Shown: positions 28,101 to 37,540, numbered from the stretch's first letter. The stretch: 64,000 nucleotides of DNA from a virus (IMGVR_UViG_3300044557_000107:75821-139820); one strand, 5' to 3'. The notes: a model not told the origin generated them from the sequence alone. Numbers and translations are program-made.

Positions 28101-28830
28101 AATGCCATCCAAGGTTGCTATTAGATCTCAATGTAATTGAAGTTTAATAGCATCTCTGGATGCACGATCAGCGGCATAGCCGTGTAGACTGCGTGGGCCT
28201 GAAACATGGTCATTAAGATAACTCAATCGTTATCTTGGGGTAGTTAAGCCTAGCAACAGAATTTAGCCGTCTCCGAAGGTAGCGGGACGTTAATTTAGAA
28301 TACTATCTAATTGCATGATATAGACCGCAACGTCTCTAAACTATGGTACTAGTGTTAAGCGTGTGTATGAGGAACTATCAGTTTCGCCACGTCTAAGATC
28401 CATATTTTAAGTAAAAACGCAGTCGTCGGGTGAGGATACCCATCAGGTTACTGTCTCGTTAACTGTAGTAGTCAGCGGGTAGGCAAAAGAAAGTCTAGTT
28501 TGTGGGGTCTTAGGGGATAAAATGGAAGAATAAGGTACTTACGGAGTGGGGCACATAATATTCCAGCAACAGCAAATATGGCTTAACAACCATAGAACCA
28601 AAGTTGTACGTTAATAAGTGTCTTTGCTGTGATAGGACTAATAATCCCTATAACACTCCAGTAAGGTTTTAGTAGGTCAAGGCAGAGGCAGATAAAACTT
28701 GAAAAATAACTTAACTGCTAATGATGACTGAAAGATGGTCGGTAGATAATCCGGGCCCAGTTCTTGTGAAGGTAGCTAGAGCATGCAAATGACGGTTTGT
28801 GTGTTAGCCTAGCTAAAACTGTAACCTAAT
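28101..28830 (+). ncRNA. Large ornate structured RNA, most likely GOLLD (ROOL not excluded)
   Basis: ~730 nt without a long ORF, GC-elevated, inside a tRNA cluster; long-range helices 28102-06/28173-77, 28187-94/28417-24, 28445-51/28821-27, 28538-48/28654-65, 28569-76/28623-30. Confidence 0.6.
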
Positions 28831-28878
28831 AATTCGCACATTAAGATTACCCACCCAAGCCAATGGGAACACTATTAT

Positions 28879-28969
28879 ACAGGTGTAGCATAACGGCAGT
28901 GCAACTGGTTTATAACCAGTATTAGCTGTAGATTTCAGCAAGAAGTGGGTTCGACTCCCTCCACCTGTA
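28879..28969 (+). tRNA. tRNA with UAU anticodon (Ile) and long variable arm
   Basis: ACAGGTG/CACCTGT acceptor; ACTGG-ttTATaa-CCAGT; V-arm GCTG-tagattt-CAGC; GGTTCGACTCC. Confidence 0.8.
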
Positions 28970-29037
28970 TTTTAGCAAATGTAGAAATATTTGGGGAACC
29001 TATACCCCTTTATAGGAATATTTTGAAAAGCTAAAAT

Positions 29038-29160
29038 TGGAAGTACCCAAAATTAAGGTATCCCAAGTCTTATCAATATAAGATCAATATTGAGAGGAGC
29101 TAAAGAGTTAGAATAGCGATGCAGGTTCTAGCTTATGCAGGTTTAAATCCTGCCTTCCAC
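29038..29160 (+). pseudogene. Degenerate tRNA-like remnant
   Basis: TGGAAG/CTTCCA ends and GCAGG-tttaaat-CCTGC T-arm, but no valid anticodon arm. Confidence 0.35.
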
Positions 29161-29162
29161 AT

Positions 29163-29711
29163 TGTCCCGTAGTTGAGTGGTAACTATGTCTAAATAAGCT
29201 GGTGAAAAATGATAAATGGTAACTATATAATGGAAGTAGCCCCTAAAGAATATCCCTATAGGCTTATGCGTGGTAAATACGCTTACTCTCATAAAGTAGC
29301 ATATTGGAAATATTACGGATGTATACCAGAGGGTTTTGAAATTCATCATAAGGACGGAAATAAGCATAATAATGATATATCAAATTTATGTGCGGTTTCT
29401 AGAAAGCAACATCAGATAATTGAACACGTAATAAGAGGAAAAGTTCAAGTTCTTGTTAAATGTCCAGTATGTAATTCATTATTCATTATAGATAAACGCA
29501 AGACTCATTTGATAAACTCCAATAATAAAGTAACCTGTTGTAGTAGAAGCTGTTCTGGTAAATTTCCCTCACTAACTAAAATTGAGCAAGATAAAGGGAT
29601 TAACGAGAATATTATAATGGAGTTTACAAATCATGTATTACCATAAATATAAAACATTAATGTTTTATAAAACTAATGCGGATATCACAGGTTCGAATCC
29701 TGTCGGGACAG
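29163..29711 (+). pseudogene. tRNA gene split by an HNH endonuclease ORF
   Basis: 5' TGTCCCG-TA-GTTGAGTGGTA at 29163; 3' TGCGG-ATATC-ACAGG-TTCGAAT-CCTGT-CGGGACA-G at ~29677-29711; perfect 7-bp acceptor pairing. Confidence 0.65.
29209..29646 (+). CDS. HNH homing endonuclease
   Basis: HKVAY.......IHHKDGNKHNNDISNL HNH motif; C-terminal CPVC...CCSRSC. Confidence 0.88.
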   Translation: MINGNYIMEVAPKEYPYRLMRGKYAYSHKVAYWKYYGCIPEGFEIHHKDGNKHNNDISNLCAVSRKQHQIIEHVIRGKVQVLVKCPVCNSLFIIDKRKTHLINSNNKVTCCSRSCSGKFPSLTKIEQDKGINENIIMEFTNHVLP

Positions 29712-29726
29712 TTTAAAATACAATTT

Positions 29727-29814
29727 AGAGGGGTGTCAGAGTGGTCTAATGTGTCGGCTTTGAATACCGATGATCGTGATGAGCGATCCGTGGGTTCGAA
29801 TCCCACCCCCTCTG
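29727..29814 (+). tRNA. tRNA-Ser(UGA)
   Basis: AGAGGGG/CCCCTCT acceptor, G73, loop ttTGAat, long V-arm. Confidence 0.85.
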
Positions 29815-29822
29815 TATTATCA

Positions 29823-29893
29823 CGCGCATAGCTCAGCTAGCCAGAGCACCACGTGTGGTTGTGGAGTATGCCGGTGCAAATCCGAAGCGCGCG
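29823..29893 (+). tRNA. Degenerate tRNA (Pro-like, TGG), probably pseudo
   Basis: TAGCTCAG...AGAGC D-arm, CCAC/GTGG stem with 8-nt loop, imperfect T-arm. Confidence 0.4.
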
Positions 29894-29905
29894 ATAAAAT
29901 AAGTA

Positions 29906-29958
29906 TTGACTTAAGGATACCTTAGTGGTATCCTTATTTTAGTTAAATGAAAGAAGGA
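29906..29958 (+). promoter_or_regulatory. Repeated promoter/RBS cassette with palindromic operator (copy 1 of 3)
   Basis: TTGACT-TAAGGATACC-ttagt-GGTATCCTTA-TTTTAGTTAAATGAAAGAAGGA; near-identical at 42133 and 50499. Confidence 0.8.
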
Positions 29959-29965
29959 AATCTTA

Positions 29966-30421
29966 ATGGCAATTATGAGTGCAAAACAATATAGGAATCA
30001 ATTGAATAGTAAAGTACAGGATTCTGACAGTAAACTATATGAAGATGGATTAGCAAGGATTGAAAAAGCAATAGATGAAAGATTAAAGAGTGCTTACCCC
30101 GGTTGGTATGTAGAGGTATTTTTAGATACTGACACGATGCGGGGGAATGCTCTTAAAAATATTCGATTGAAACTAGAAAATCTGGGATATTTAGTTATCA
30201 CCTGCGAGAAAGATCCGCTGAATCCCCTTGTACGTGATCTATTTATGAAAATCATAGTTCCGGACCCAGATGAACCCACAATTTATTTCAAGAGAAGAAT
30301 TCAAAGTTTGCTCCCACGAAATGACCATTCCCAGCGAATTATGTTAAATAGTCACATGGATGAAGGGAACTCCGGACTAGTATTAGATATTCTCCGGGAA
30401 ACTATTAGAAAAGGGGAATAA
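29966..30421 (+). CDS. Hypothetical protein
   Basis: 151 aa directly after promoter cassette. Confidence 0.65.
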   Translation: MAIMSAKQYRNQLNSKVQDSDSKLYEDGLARIEKAIDERLKSAYPGWYVEVFLDTDTMRGNALKNIRLKLENLGYLVITCEKDPLNPLVRDLFMKIIVPDPDEPTIYFKRRIQSLLPRNDHSQRIMLNSHMDEGNSGLVLDILRETIRKGE

Positions 30422-30423
30422 AA

Positions 30424-32154
30424 ATGATCGATAAAGTTCAACTAGATAAGTATATCAGTGATCATCTCAGTGCCTACTCAGACACCAACGAGTACCGTTT
30501 AGCACTAGTAAGTCAAACACATGGAGTTTACTCTGGAATTGTCTCTATGACTAAATCAGGTAAGGATAAGAAACGTTATTTAGACTTCATCCTAGACTTT
30601 ACTGATCGTAGCCTAACCATCTCGGGGATTAGTGGTAAACAGTTAAAATCCACAACAGGATTACTTAATGAGATCTTTAATAATGGAGACTATGCGTTAG
30701 CAGAAGGACTCAGTGAAACTTCTGTTCAGACTTTAGATACTATTAAGTACTTGGGTATGTTATATGGGTCCTTGGGACGTGAGCCTATTAGTCATATGAA
30801 CATTGGACGAGGACTTCTTCGGGCCCTTCATACTTTCCCAGTAGCAGAATCCTATGTTAAGGAATTCTCGGATAAAATGAAGGATCTTTTTGTAGAGATT
30901 CATAAAGGAACTTTGATGTTTGAGTCTGCTAAGAGCTTCTTTTCTAGGGTAATGTTTTCCCATTGGAATCTTATTAGTTATTATCAAGAAGAGTGGGATA
31001 AAGGTAAACATAAGCCTTTACAGAAGGTACTAGGAATCTCTAAGGATACCTATAATAGATTAAAGAAAGAAGACTTATTGAAAGACAGTATGGGATTTCG
31101 TTATTATGACTTTATAGAATACAATAATTACTTGTATGATAAATGTGATGGAGATAACGTATATCGTTTAAAAAATACTGTTGATAGCTATTATTCTTTC
31201 CCTATATCGTTTATTAAAAAGGCTAATGAGGTTAACTGGAATCGGTTAGAACAAACTCTAAAAGATGTTGATGATGAACGAGGGTACCATAATTATAAGT
31301 CCTTTTATGATAGCATGCGTTCTAATATGAGTCGTTATGTGGCTTACAATTCAGAATATCCGATGAATAGTGGTTATCCAACTATTAGTGATGTTGCAAA
31401 CATGGGAAACACCGATATTTTTAATTTATCTCGTTACCTATACGCAAGTTGTTACCACCAACAAGCAATAGATTTTGAGAATGCTCTTGAAATTCTTAAG
31501 GATTACTATAAAATGGTTGCAGATGTCCCACACTTTGTTAAGTTCCCCCGCTACTTAAAGACCGCTCATGATATTGCTTCACGAAATGCAGAGGTCCTCG
31601 GTAGTAGCTCAGATATTCTTGCAGTTCACAAGGTGTATACACACAACCAGAAGTTAGAAATGAACTTCAAAGATTACTCTATGATCTTAGCAGCATCTCC
31701 TAAAGAAATTGTAGATGAAGGGCAACTCCAGCATAACTGCGTAGGTTCTTATGTAAATGATGTTGTGAAGGGTACAAGTATTATTCTATTTTTACGAAAG
31801 AAATCGGATATTTATCGATCATGGGTTACAGTTGAAGTCCGTAATATTGATGGAACATTAAAAGTTGTTCAAACATTTGCTACATTTAATGATGTGCTTA
31901 ATGATGAACAGAAGAAAGCTCTAGCAACTTGGATGAAGATTAACAAAATACAGCTTGGAGATAGCGTTGGTGGGGTTGGACGAGTTTCTAATGATGAATT
32001 ATCTAAGTTAGCTGTCAAAACTGCAAATATTCACAAAATTGATATGGAATTTCATCGGGATTCCTTTGATAAAATTGCGGAACAGAAGAGTAAGATGGAA
32101 TCAGCTAAGAAAGAATTAGAAGTAAATAGTTTAAAAGTTAAGAAAGCATCTTAG
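30424..32154 (+). CDS. PcfJ-like domain protein
   Basis: DYYKM...FP..LK.AHD...EG.LQHNCVGSY...V..G...ILFLRK...W.TVEV. Confidence 0.8.
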   Translation: MIDKVQLDKYISDHLSAYSDTNEYRLALVSQTHGVYSGIVSMTKSGKDKKRYLDFILDFTDRSLTISGISGKQLKSTTGLLNEIFNNGDYALAEGLSETSVQTLDTIKYLGMLYGSLGREPISHMNIGRGLLRALHTFPVAESYVKEFSDKMKDLFVEIHKGTLMFESAKSFFSRVMFSHWNLISYYQEEWDKGKHKPLQKVLGISKDTYNRLKKEDLLKDSMGFRYYDFIEYNNYLYDKCDGDNVYRLKNTVDSYYSFPISFIKKANEVNWNRLEQTLKDVDDERGYHNYKSFYDSMRSNMSRYVAYNSEYPMNSGYPTISDVANMGNTDIFNLSRYLYASCYHQQAIDFENALEILKDYYKMVADVPHFVKFPRYLKTAHDIASRNAEVLGSSSDILAVHKVYTHNQKLEMNFKDYSMILAASPKEIVDEGQLQHNCVGSYVNDVVKGTSIILFLRKKSDIYRSWVTVEVRNIDGTLKVVQTFATFNDVLNDEQKKALATWMKINKIQLGDSVGGVGRVSNDELSKLAVKTANIHKIDMEFHRDSFDKIAEQKSKMESAKKELEVNSLKVKKAS

Positions 32155-32165
32155 GAGGATTAATA

Positions 32166-32627
32166 ATGGATGATAATGCTAGTTTTGGTAGCTGTGGAAG
32201 AACAAAAGAAGTAGTTCTAGGAGAAGATTATAGTTTTCTTCCCTTGTTAAGACTCATAAGGAACTCAAAAGGAATTAATACTTATGAGTATACAGTTGAG
32301 GATTTTGAGGAAAATGATAATGATGAACTATGGATAAGAAACTCTAATACAAGAGTTCCTTACAAGCGTATTTTTACCAGCAAAGACTTTGGAAGTACTT
32401 ATAAAGGAGATTTGATAAAAAATTGTGGTAAATCCCATATTATTTCGACACAACTAGAAGACTACCGAGAAGATAAGGACTTTATTGAAGTTCTTAAGAG
32501 TAACCCAAAGTATCTTAGATATGCCTTTAGAATTGTTGAGATCCCTATTGACTATAATTATGTGGTAGTAGCAGATGAGATGGGTAGTGAAACTATGTAT
32601 GCGGGAAGAGGACTAATTGTTCTTTAG
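32166..32627 (+). CDS. Hypothetical protein
   Basis: AGGAGG RBS, 153 aa. Confidence 0.6.
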   Translation: MDDNASFGSCGRTKEVVLGEDYSFLPLLRLIRNSKGINTYEYTVEDFEENDNDELWIRNSNTRVPYKRIFTSKDFGSTYKGDLIKNCGKSHIISTQLEDYREDKDFIEVLKSNPKYLRYAFRIVEIPIDYNYVVVADEMGSETMYAGRGLIVL

Positions 32628-32871
32628 TAAGAAAGAGGGAAGTCATATTATGAATAAATTAAAGAAAGATAAAGAACTTAAACGCAGGCCGTGGCAAAAG
32701 GATATGCCAGAGGATGGTGTGGGTGCTAATCTTAAAGGACGTGCTTTAGGACTTACAGAGGAACCCGTTGTCCCTAAGTACCATATGAACCCTAATTTTG
32801 ACTATACTTCTTATCTAAATGAATTAAAGGAATTACCAGAAGTAAAAGAGAAACTATCTAATTTATTTTAA
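32617..32871 (+). CDS. Hypothetical protein
   Basis: ORF; probable start at the internal Met. Confidence 0.5.
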   Translation: MFFSKKEGSHIMNKLKKDKELKRRPWQKDMPEDGVGANLKGRALGLTEEPVVPKYHMNPNFDYTSYLNELKELPEVKEKLSNLF

Positions 32872-32937
32872 AGCACCCTATTGACAGAATATCTCAAAAG
32901 AGGTATTCTTTTAGTACATAGAAAAGAGGGATATAGC

Positions 32938-33216
32938 ATGAATAAAAGACAACGTAATAAATATATTCTAGTAAGCACATCGGATGTTCTGGGATACTAT
33001 GAGTGTAGTTCGAAGAAGTATAAGGACATTAAGTATAATTTAAATGTAAACTTAGACGGTTATCTAGTCCTTCATAAAAGGTTCTATTTGAAAGAGATAA
33101 TTAATAAGGGATTATCTTGGCTAATTTTGCAAGATTCTAAGATTAAGCATCCTAGATACATGAATTATTTGAAGGTAAATGTAAAGTATGATAGGTTGGT
33201 GAACTTGGGTGAATAA
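32938..33216 (+). CDS. Hypothetical basic protein
   Basis: Promoter TTGACA at 32881 and GAGGG RBS favour ATG at 32938. Confidence 0.5.
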   Translation: MNKRQRNKYILVSTSDVLGYYECSSKKYKDIKYNLNVNLDGYLVLHKRFYLKEIINKGLSWLILQDSKIKHPRYMNYLKVNVKYDRLVNLGE

Positions 33217-34057
33217 TGGATACTTAATTGTTAGTGATATTCATGGAAATTATCAAGCTCTTAAGCACATGGTTGATATTCCAGAGTTCTCAAATTCTAA
33301 GATTATTTTTGATGGAGATTACATCGATGGCTATGGAGTTAATGATTCTGATAAAGTAGTAGACTTTATTGCAGATCAGTACCAGCGTAATAATGCTACA
33401 GTTCTGCCGGGGAACCATGAATTACTATTATATAAGTATATCTATGGTGAACGAAGAGACTGGGAATTATATAAAGCTAATGGAGGGAAGCGTACAGTAA
33501 AGTCCTTCCTAGGAGAAGCTACTCGTAGCTCGGTTTCTAATAAGGTAGCACTAAGGGATAATAAATATTGGAATCAACTAGATTCTATGATGGATCACTG
33601 TTTTGACATTCGAGATACTGTAGTAATGTATGAAGACTCTAAACTGATTACAGTCCATGCAGGTTTAAGTTATATTGCTGAGGATTACCATAATACCAAC
33701 TTGTGGGATAGCTTATGGATGCGAGAGGATTATTTCTATGGACTTAATACGAAGTACCATAATGATAACTACTTTGCACGTAATAAGTTTCACAAGCCCA
33801 TTGTGGTAGGACATACTCCCACGTGTACTTTAGAAGGTATCTTACCTACAGGAACTCAGTTACACTATACTAGGGGTGATTTAGAGTGTCCCGTGGTAGT
33901 ATCTAAGTATGAAGATGAGGAACCACGATTCTTTATTGACGGAGGGAGCCATGGAGCTACCAATTCATTAAACGTTCTCTACTATGAAAGCGAAGATAAC
34001 TACGGAGCTTACAAGCTAACTCCGGATGGTCTTACAGAAGGGGAGATTGTGAGCTAG
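33209..34057 (+). CDS. Calcineurin-like metallophosphoesterase (Ser/Thr phosphatase family)
   Basis: SDIHG, GDYID, GNHE, VHAG, GHTP motifs. Confidence 0.9.
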   Translation: MNNGYLIVSDIHGNYQALKHMVDIPEFSNSKIIFDGDYIDGYGVNDSDKVVDFIADQYQRNNATVLPGNHELLLYKYIYGERRDWELYKANGGKRTVKSFLGEATRSSVSNKVALRDNKYWNQLDSMMDHCFDIRDTVVMYEDSKLITVHAGLSYIAEDYHNTNLWDSLWMREDYFYGLNTKYHNDNYFARNKFHKPIVVGHTPTCTLEGILPTGTQLHYTRGDLECPVVVSKYEDEEPRFFIDGGSHGATNSLNVLYYESEDNYGAYKLTPDGLTEGEIVS

Positions 34058-34200
34058 TCAATTGCCCTACTAAAGTAGGAAGCTTGTAACTCAATCCCAT
34101 AGGGGTAGTGGTATTAACGTTCTATAGAACTTCCACTTAAGGTTACATCATCGGGTGATTGACAGCACCCGTTTAACTATTAGAATATGTCCAACAGTTA
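34057..34200 (-). ncRNA. omega-RNA / right end of IS1341-like element ending TTGAC
   Basis: Minus strand GGGTG-ctGTCAAt-CACCC loop complementary to terminal TTGAC; CAAG-CTT-CCTAC-TTTA-GTAGG hairpin. Confidence 0.8.
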
Positions 34201-35388
34201 TTATTTAGTAATTTTAGTTGTATCTCCAGTTACCCAGTTAGTTCCTAAGTATTGAATATTCATAGCACCAATGCGGTCATCATTAGACTTATAACCACAG
34301 TTGGCACACTGGTACTCATGAATATCATGTTTTCTGTTATTTTTATTGACAGATCCACATTTAGGACAACGCTGGCTGGTATACTGAGCACTAACCTTAA
34401 TAACTTTAGAACCATTAAGTTCTGCTTTATAGGTTAGAAATTGCTCAAACTGGTAGAAAGCCCAGCTAACCTGCTCGTAACGATTTGTTTTAGCAACTTT
34501 CTCCGTAGCAAATCGAACATTGGTTAAGTCTTCTAATACAAAGAGAGTGTCTTTACCATATTTATCAGTGAGTGTCTTAGTTATTCGATGATTAATATCA
34601 CTCATCCAGCGGTTTTCTCGCTGACCAATGGCTTTAAGTCTTCTTTTAGCAGACTTAGTACCCTTACTTTGTAATTGTTGTCTTAACTTCTTGTACTTTC
34701 TACGTTTTGCTGTAATAGCTTTACCATCTATAAAGGAAGTTTTACCTTTTTCATCATAAGTGGTTGCTAAAAAGCGTAGACCTCTATCTATGCCAACTAC
34801 ATGTTTCAAGTCATCTTTTTCAAAGATACGAGGTTCTACAGTAGCAGAGATATGCAAGAAGTAATGTCCATATGATTTAACAAGTTTAGCAGTGCCTAAT
34901 TTACCATCTAAGTATTGTTCAAAGCCCTTCATAGAAAAACCCATAATTTCACGGTTACCTAAGGTATTAAGAGATAGCTTACCATTCTTAAATGACCAGT
35001 CACGTATAGATACTAAATCACACTGAGGTCTTTTAAAGCTAATAGGCTTTTGTAACCATGATAGGTCACGCTGAGCGGTATACCAAGTATCAGTGTTGTT
35101 ATCTTTATAGTGGTATGGCTCTTGTTTAAGCTGTGTTTCTACAGTTCTATACCTAGCAATAACTGTTTTAAAGACAGATTGTGTCATTTGTGCCTTAAGA
35201 CCAAACTTGTCCCTAACCTTATGATACAAATCTTTATTAATATCTTTTTGCTTAGGTATAAAGTTATGGTCAAAGTAGTACTTAGATACTAAATTACAGG
35301 CATTCCTATACTGTTGCATAGTAGCTAGTAATAAGTTACCTTGTTCAGATGTAGGATATATTCTTGCTTTAATAGTTACAGTTGTCAT
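34201..35388 (-). CDS. tnpB: TnpB (IS1341-like), RuvC intact
   Basis: VVGIDRG, FVLEDL, CPKC/CANC, NDDRIGAMNI; GAGGTG RBS before MTTVTIKARIYP. Confidence 0.93.
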   Translation of the reverse strand: MTTVTIKARIYPTSEQGNLLLATMQQYRNACNLVSKYYFDHNFIPKQKDINKDLYHKVRDKFGLKAQMTQSVFKTVIARYRTVETQLKQEPYHYKDNNTDTWYTAQRDLSWLQKPISFKRPQCDLVSIRDWSFKNGKLSLNTLGNREIMGFSMKGFEQYLDGKLGTAKLVKSYGHYFLHISATVEPRIFEKDDLKHVVGIDRGLRFLATTYDEKGKTSFIDGKAITAKRRKYKKLRQQLQSKGTKSAKRRLKAIGQRENRWMSDINHRITKTLTDKYGKDTLFVLEDLTNVRFATEKVAKTNRYEQVSWAFYQFEQFLTYKAELNGSKVIKVSAQYTSQRCPKCGSVNKNNRKHDIHEYQCANCGYKSNDDRIGAMNIQYLGTNWVTGDTTKITK

Positions 35389-35492
35389 TTGTGTTTCACC
35401 TCTTCCCTTCACTATATAATATAGCCGAGTATTTTAGTGAAGTATAGAGTATTAAAATGTTATAATAATTAGAAAGGAAGTGCACTCGTTTA

Positions 35493-35690
35493 ATGAATAA
35501 AAATTTGAGGACTGAAAAGCAAATTGAAGAGACATTTGATAATATTCTACAGTTAGTAGATGACTCACTGGATGCTATGGAAGAATATAAGGATTCTAAG
35601 AATAGTAAACAGCAAGATCTGTATAGACTTTTACAGTTTAACTTAAATGCAGTTCGATACACGATAGATACTGCTATTAAGGTGAAGTAA
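35493..35690 (+). CDS. Hypothetical protein
   Basis: 65 aa, AAAGGAAG RBS. Confidence 0.5.
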   Translation: MNKNLRTEKQIEETFDNILQLVDDSLDAMEEYKDSKNSKQQDLYRLLQFNLNAVRYTIDTAIKVK

Positions 35691-35712
35691 GTAAGTAAGT
35701 AAGTAAGTAAGT
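35685..35712. repeat. (AAGT)7 microsatellite
   Basis: Seven perfect AAGT units. Confidence 0.9.
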
Positions 35713-35720
35713 GGTCTAAA

Positions 35721-36008
35721 ATGACTAAGAATATTAAAAAGAGGAGTAAAATGATGACTAAAATAATGACTAAACACAGCTACATGTTTTCTTACTCAGC
35801 TATGGACAAGAATGGAAATATGGAAGTGGGACGCTATACGTTTACAGGGGAAGAAACATTGCATCTACTTGCTGATATTTATGGGAACGCTATTGATGTT
35901 GATGTTGATGCTATTCAGGCATTAGAAAAGGAGATAGAAAAACGAATAGCCTTTACTGATGTTACCGTGATTGGAATTACTGATTTACCAATGAAGGTGA
36001 AACGATAA
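35721..36008 (+). CDS. Hypothetical protein
   Basis: ORF; GAGGAG RBS favours ATG at ~35751. Confidence 0.55.
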   Translation: MTKNIKKRSKMMTKIMTKHSYMFSYSAMDKNGNMEVGRYTFTGEETLHLLADIYGNAIDVDVDAIQALEKEIEKRIAFTDVTVIGITDLPMKVKR

Positions 36009-36080
36009 GAAACAATGTAGATAGAAGCTATGATTTAGTACCTGTTAAGCCTTGTGGGAGGTACTTAATGAGAGAAGTAT

Positions 36081-36155
36081 AAGAAAGGTCATTCAAACAA
36101 ATTGGGTGATCTTTCTTATTTTGGGTGTTGACACTGAGCTAAATTGTGCTATTAT
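36081..36155 (+). promoter_or_regulatory. Terminator plus sigma-A promoter cassette (paralog at 45035-45107)
   Basis: AAGAAAGGTCATTCAA..TTGGGTGATCTTTCTTATTTT then TTGACA...TATTAT. Confidence 0.7.
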
Positions 36156-36195
36156 AATAAATGTAAATAAATAAAAACGAAAGTAGGAATACAAA

Positions 36196-36768
36196 TTGAA
36201 TAAGAATGTAAAGAAGACTTTAGTAGGATCAGCAGTTATTTTAGGAATGTTTGGAGCAGGAATTAGTGGAGCAACCTTAGCGGATAACTTTTGGCAAGGT
36301 CACCAAAACATCTTAGATACTAAGTCTAATATTGATAAGTTGAGTGCTAAAATTGATGCACAATCACAACAACTAAAGGATGCGCAGTCACAACTTAGTG
36401 ATGCTAAGAATGAACTAGCACAAGCAAAGTCGGATCTTGCAACGGTTCAATCTCAAGCAACTAATTCAGATAACCAAAATAAGGCACTTCAACAGCAATT
36501 AAGTGATCTTCAAAATAAGTACAATGCAGATACTCAAAGTTTACAGCAACAAATTCAACAAAAGATCGCTGAGGGTCAGCAAGCAGTCAATCAAAAGCAA
36601 CAGGAAGTTAATGCTAAACAGCAAACAATTGATAGTCTTACTCAGCAACTAGAACAATCTAAGAACCAAAATACAAGTACTAACAATGATCTTAACCAGG
36701 CGATCCAAGACGCCCAGAGCGTTAAGGACTATTCAGACCAAGCAGTTGCTAATGCTAACGCTAACTAA
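36196..36768 (+). CDS. Secreted/membrane-anchored coiled-coil protein
   Basis: N-terminal signal peptide, Q-rich heptads. Confidence 0.7.
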   Translation: MNKNVKKTLVGSAVILGMFGAGISGATLADNFWQGHQNILDTKSNIDKLSAKIDAQSQQLKDAQSQLSDAKNELAQAKSDLATVQSQATNSDNQNKALQQQLSDLQNKYNADTQSLQQQIQQKIAEGQQAVNQKQQEVNAKQQTIDSLTQQLEQSKNQNTSTNNDLNQAIQDAQSVKDYSDQAVANANAN

Positions 36769-36785
36769 GAAAGTAGGAAATACTA

Positions 36786-37115
36786 ATGATTAAAACAATT
36801 ACACTAGAAGACGCTGATGAACTACGTTGCCAAGGTAGCACAGATAAATTTACATTTGTGGCAGAAGAGGCCGACCAATCTGATCGCTGGTCAGAACCAG
36901 TTACTGTATACATCAAAGAAAATAGCACTGGTAAAATTTATGGATTTGATTATAGTCGTGGACTAACTGAAATGCAGGAAAGCACGATTAGTACGGTTGA
37001 AGGATATGAAGATACTTTTTATGGATCAAATCAAGACCATCACGTGGAACTAACTCACTATGAAGAAACAACACGAGTTATTCATACGTTTGTAGTAGCT
37101 ACGGAGGAAGATTAA
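36786..37115 (+). CDS. Hypothetical phage protein
   Basis: DRW......GLTEMQE motif. Confidence 0.6.
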   Translation: MIKTITLEDADELRCQGSTDKFTFVAEEADQSDRWSEPVTVYIKENSTGKIYGFDYSRGLTEMQESTISTVEGYEDTFYGSNQDHHVELTHYEETTRVIHTFVVATEED

Positions 37116-37540
37116 TGAAAACTAGTGAAGCAATTAAAAAGATTACAGGGTTAAGCAAACACTACACAGCATATACCAGGGACTCTTTGTTTTGTGTAAT
37201 GTACAAAGGTACGAGTGCCATTCTGGTATCGGACTACAATGAATACTCTTTTGGATTGACCGACACACCAGATAACTTCCATAAATTGCCATATTCTAAT
37301 AAACTTTATATGATTCTGGCGGAGTACGCAATGACACCTATTGAAGAACGTAAGGATAAATCTAAGAAGTATTATGTTAAAGTACCCTATGCAGATGATG
37401 CATACTATTGGAAGTTTAAAGATGGTGTGTTACATGTTACTAGTAACCTTATTTGTTACCTTGAGGATAAACAGTTTACAATGAAAGAGATTAAAAAGCT
37501 AGGTCTTGAAAATTATGAACTTGTGGAGGTTGAAGAATGA
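37115..37540 (+). CDS. Hypothetical phage protein
   Basis: YAMTPIEER..KKYYVK...FT..EI motif common in LAB phages. Confidence 0.6.
   Translation: MKTSEAIKKITGLSKHYTAYTRDSLFCVMYKGTSAILVSDYNEYSFGLTDTPDNFHKLPYSNKLYMILAEYAMTPIEERKDKSKKYYVKVPYADDAYYWKFKDGVLHVTSNLICYLEDKQFTMKEIKKLGLENYELVEVEE

Noticed and set aside
29163-29711. Group I intron in a tRNA
   Set aside because: Under 30 nt on each side of the HNH ORF, too little for a catalytic core, and no anticodon arm can be rebuilt by splicing.
35685-35712. (AAGT)7 as a phase-variation switch
   Set aside because: Almost entirely intergenic, downstream of a stop codon and not within a recognisable promoter spacer.
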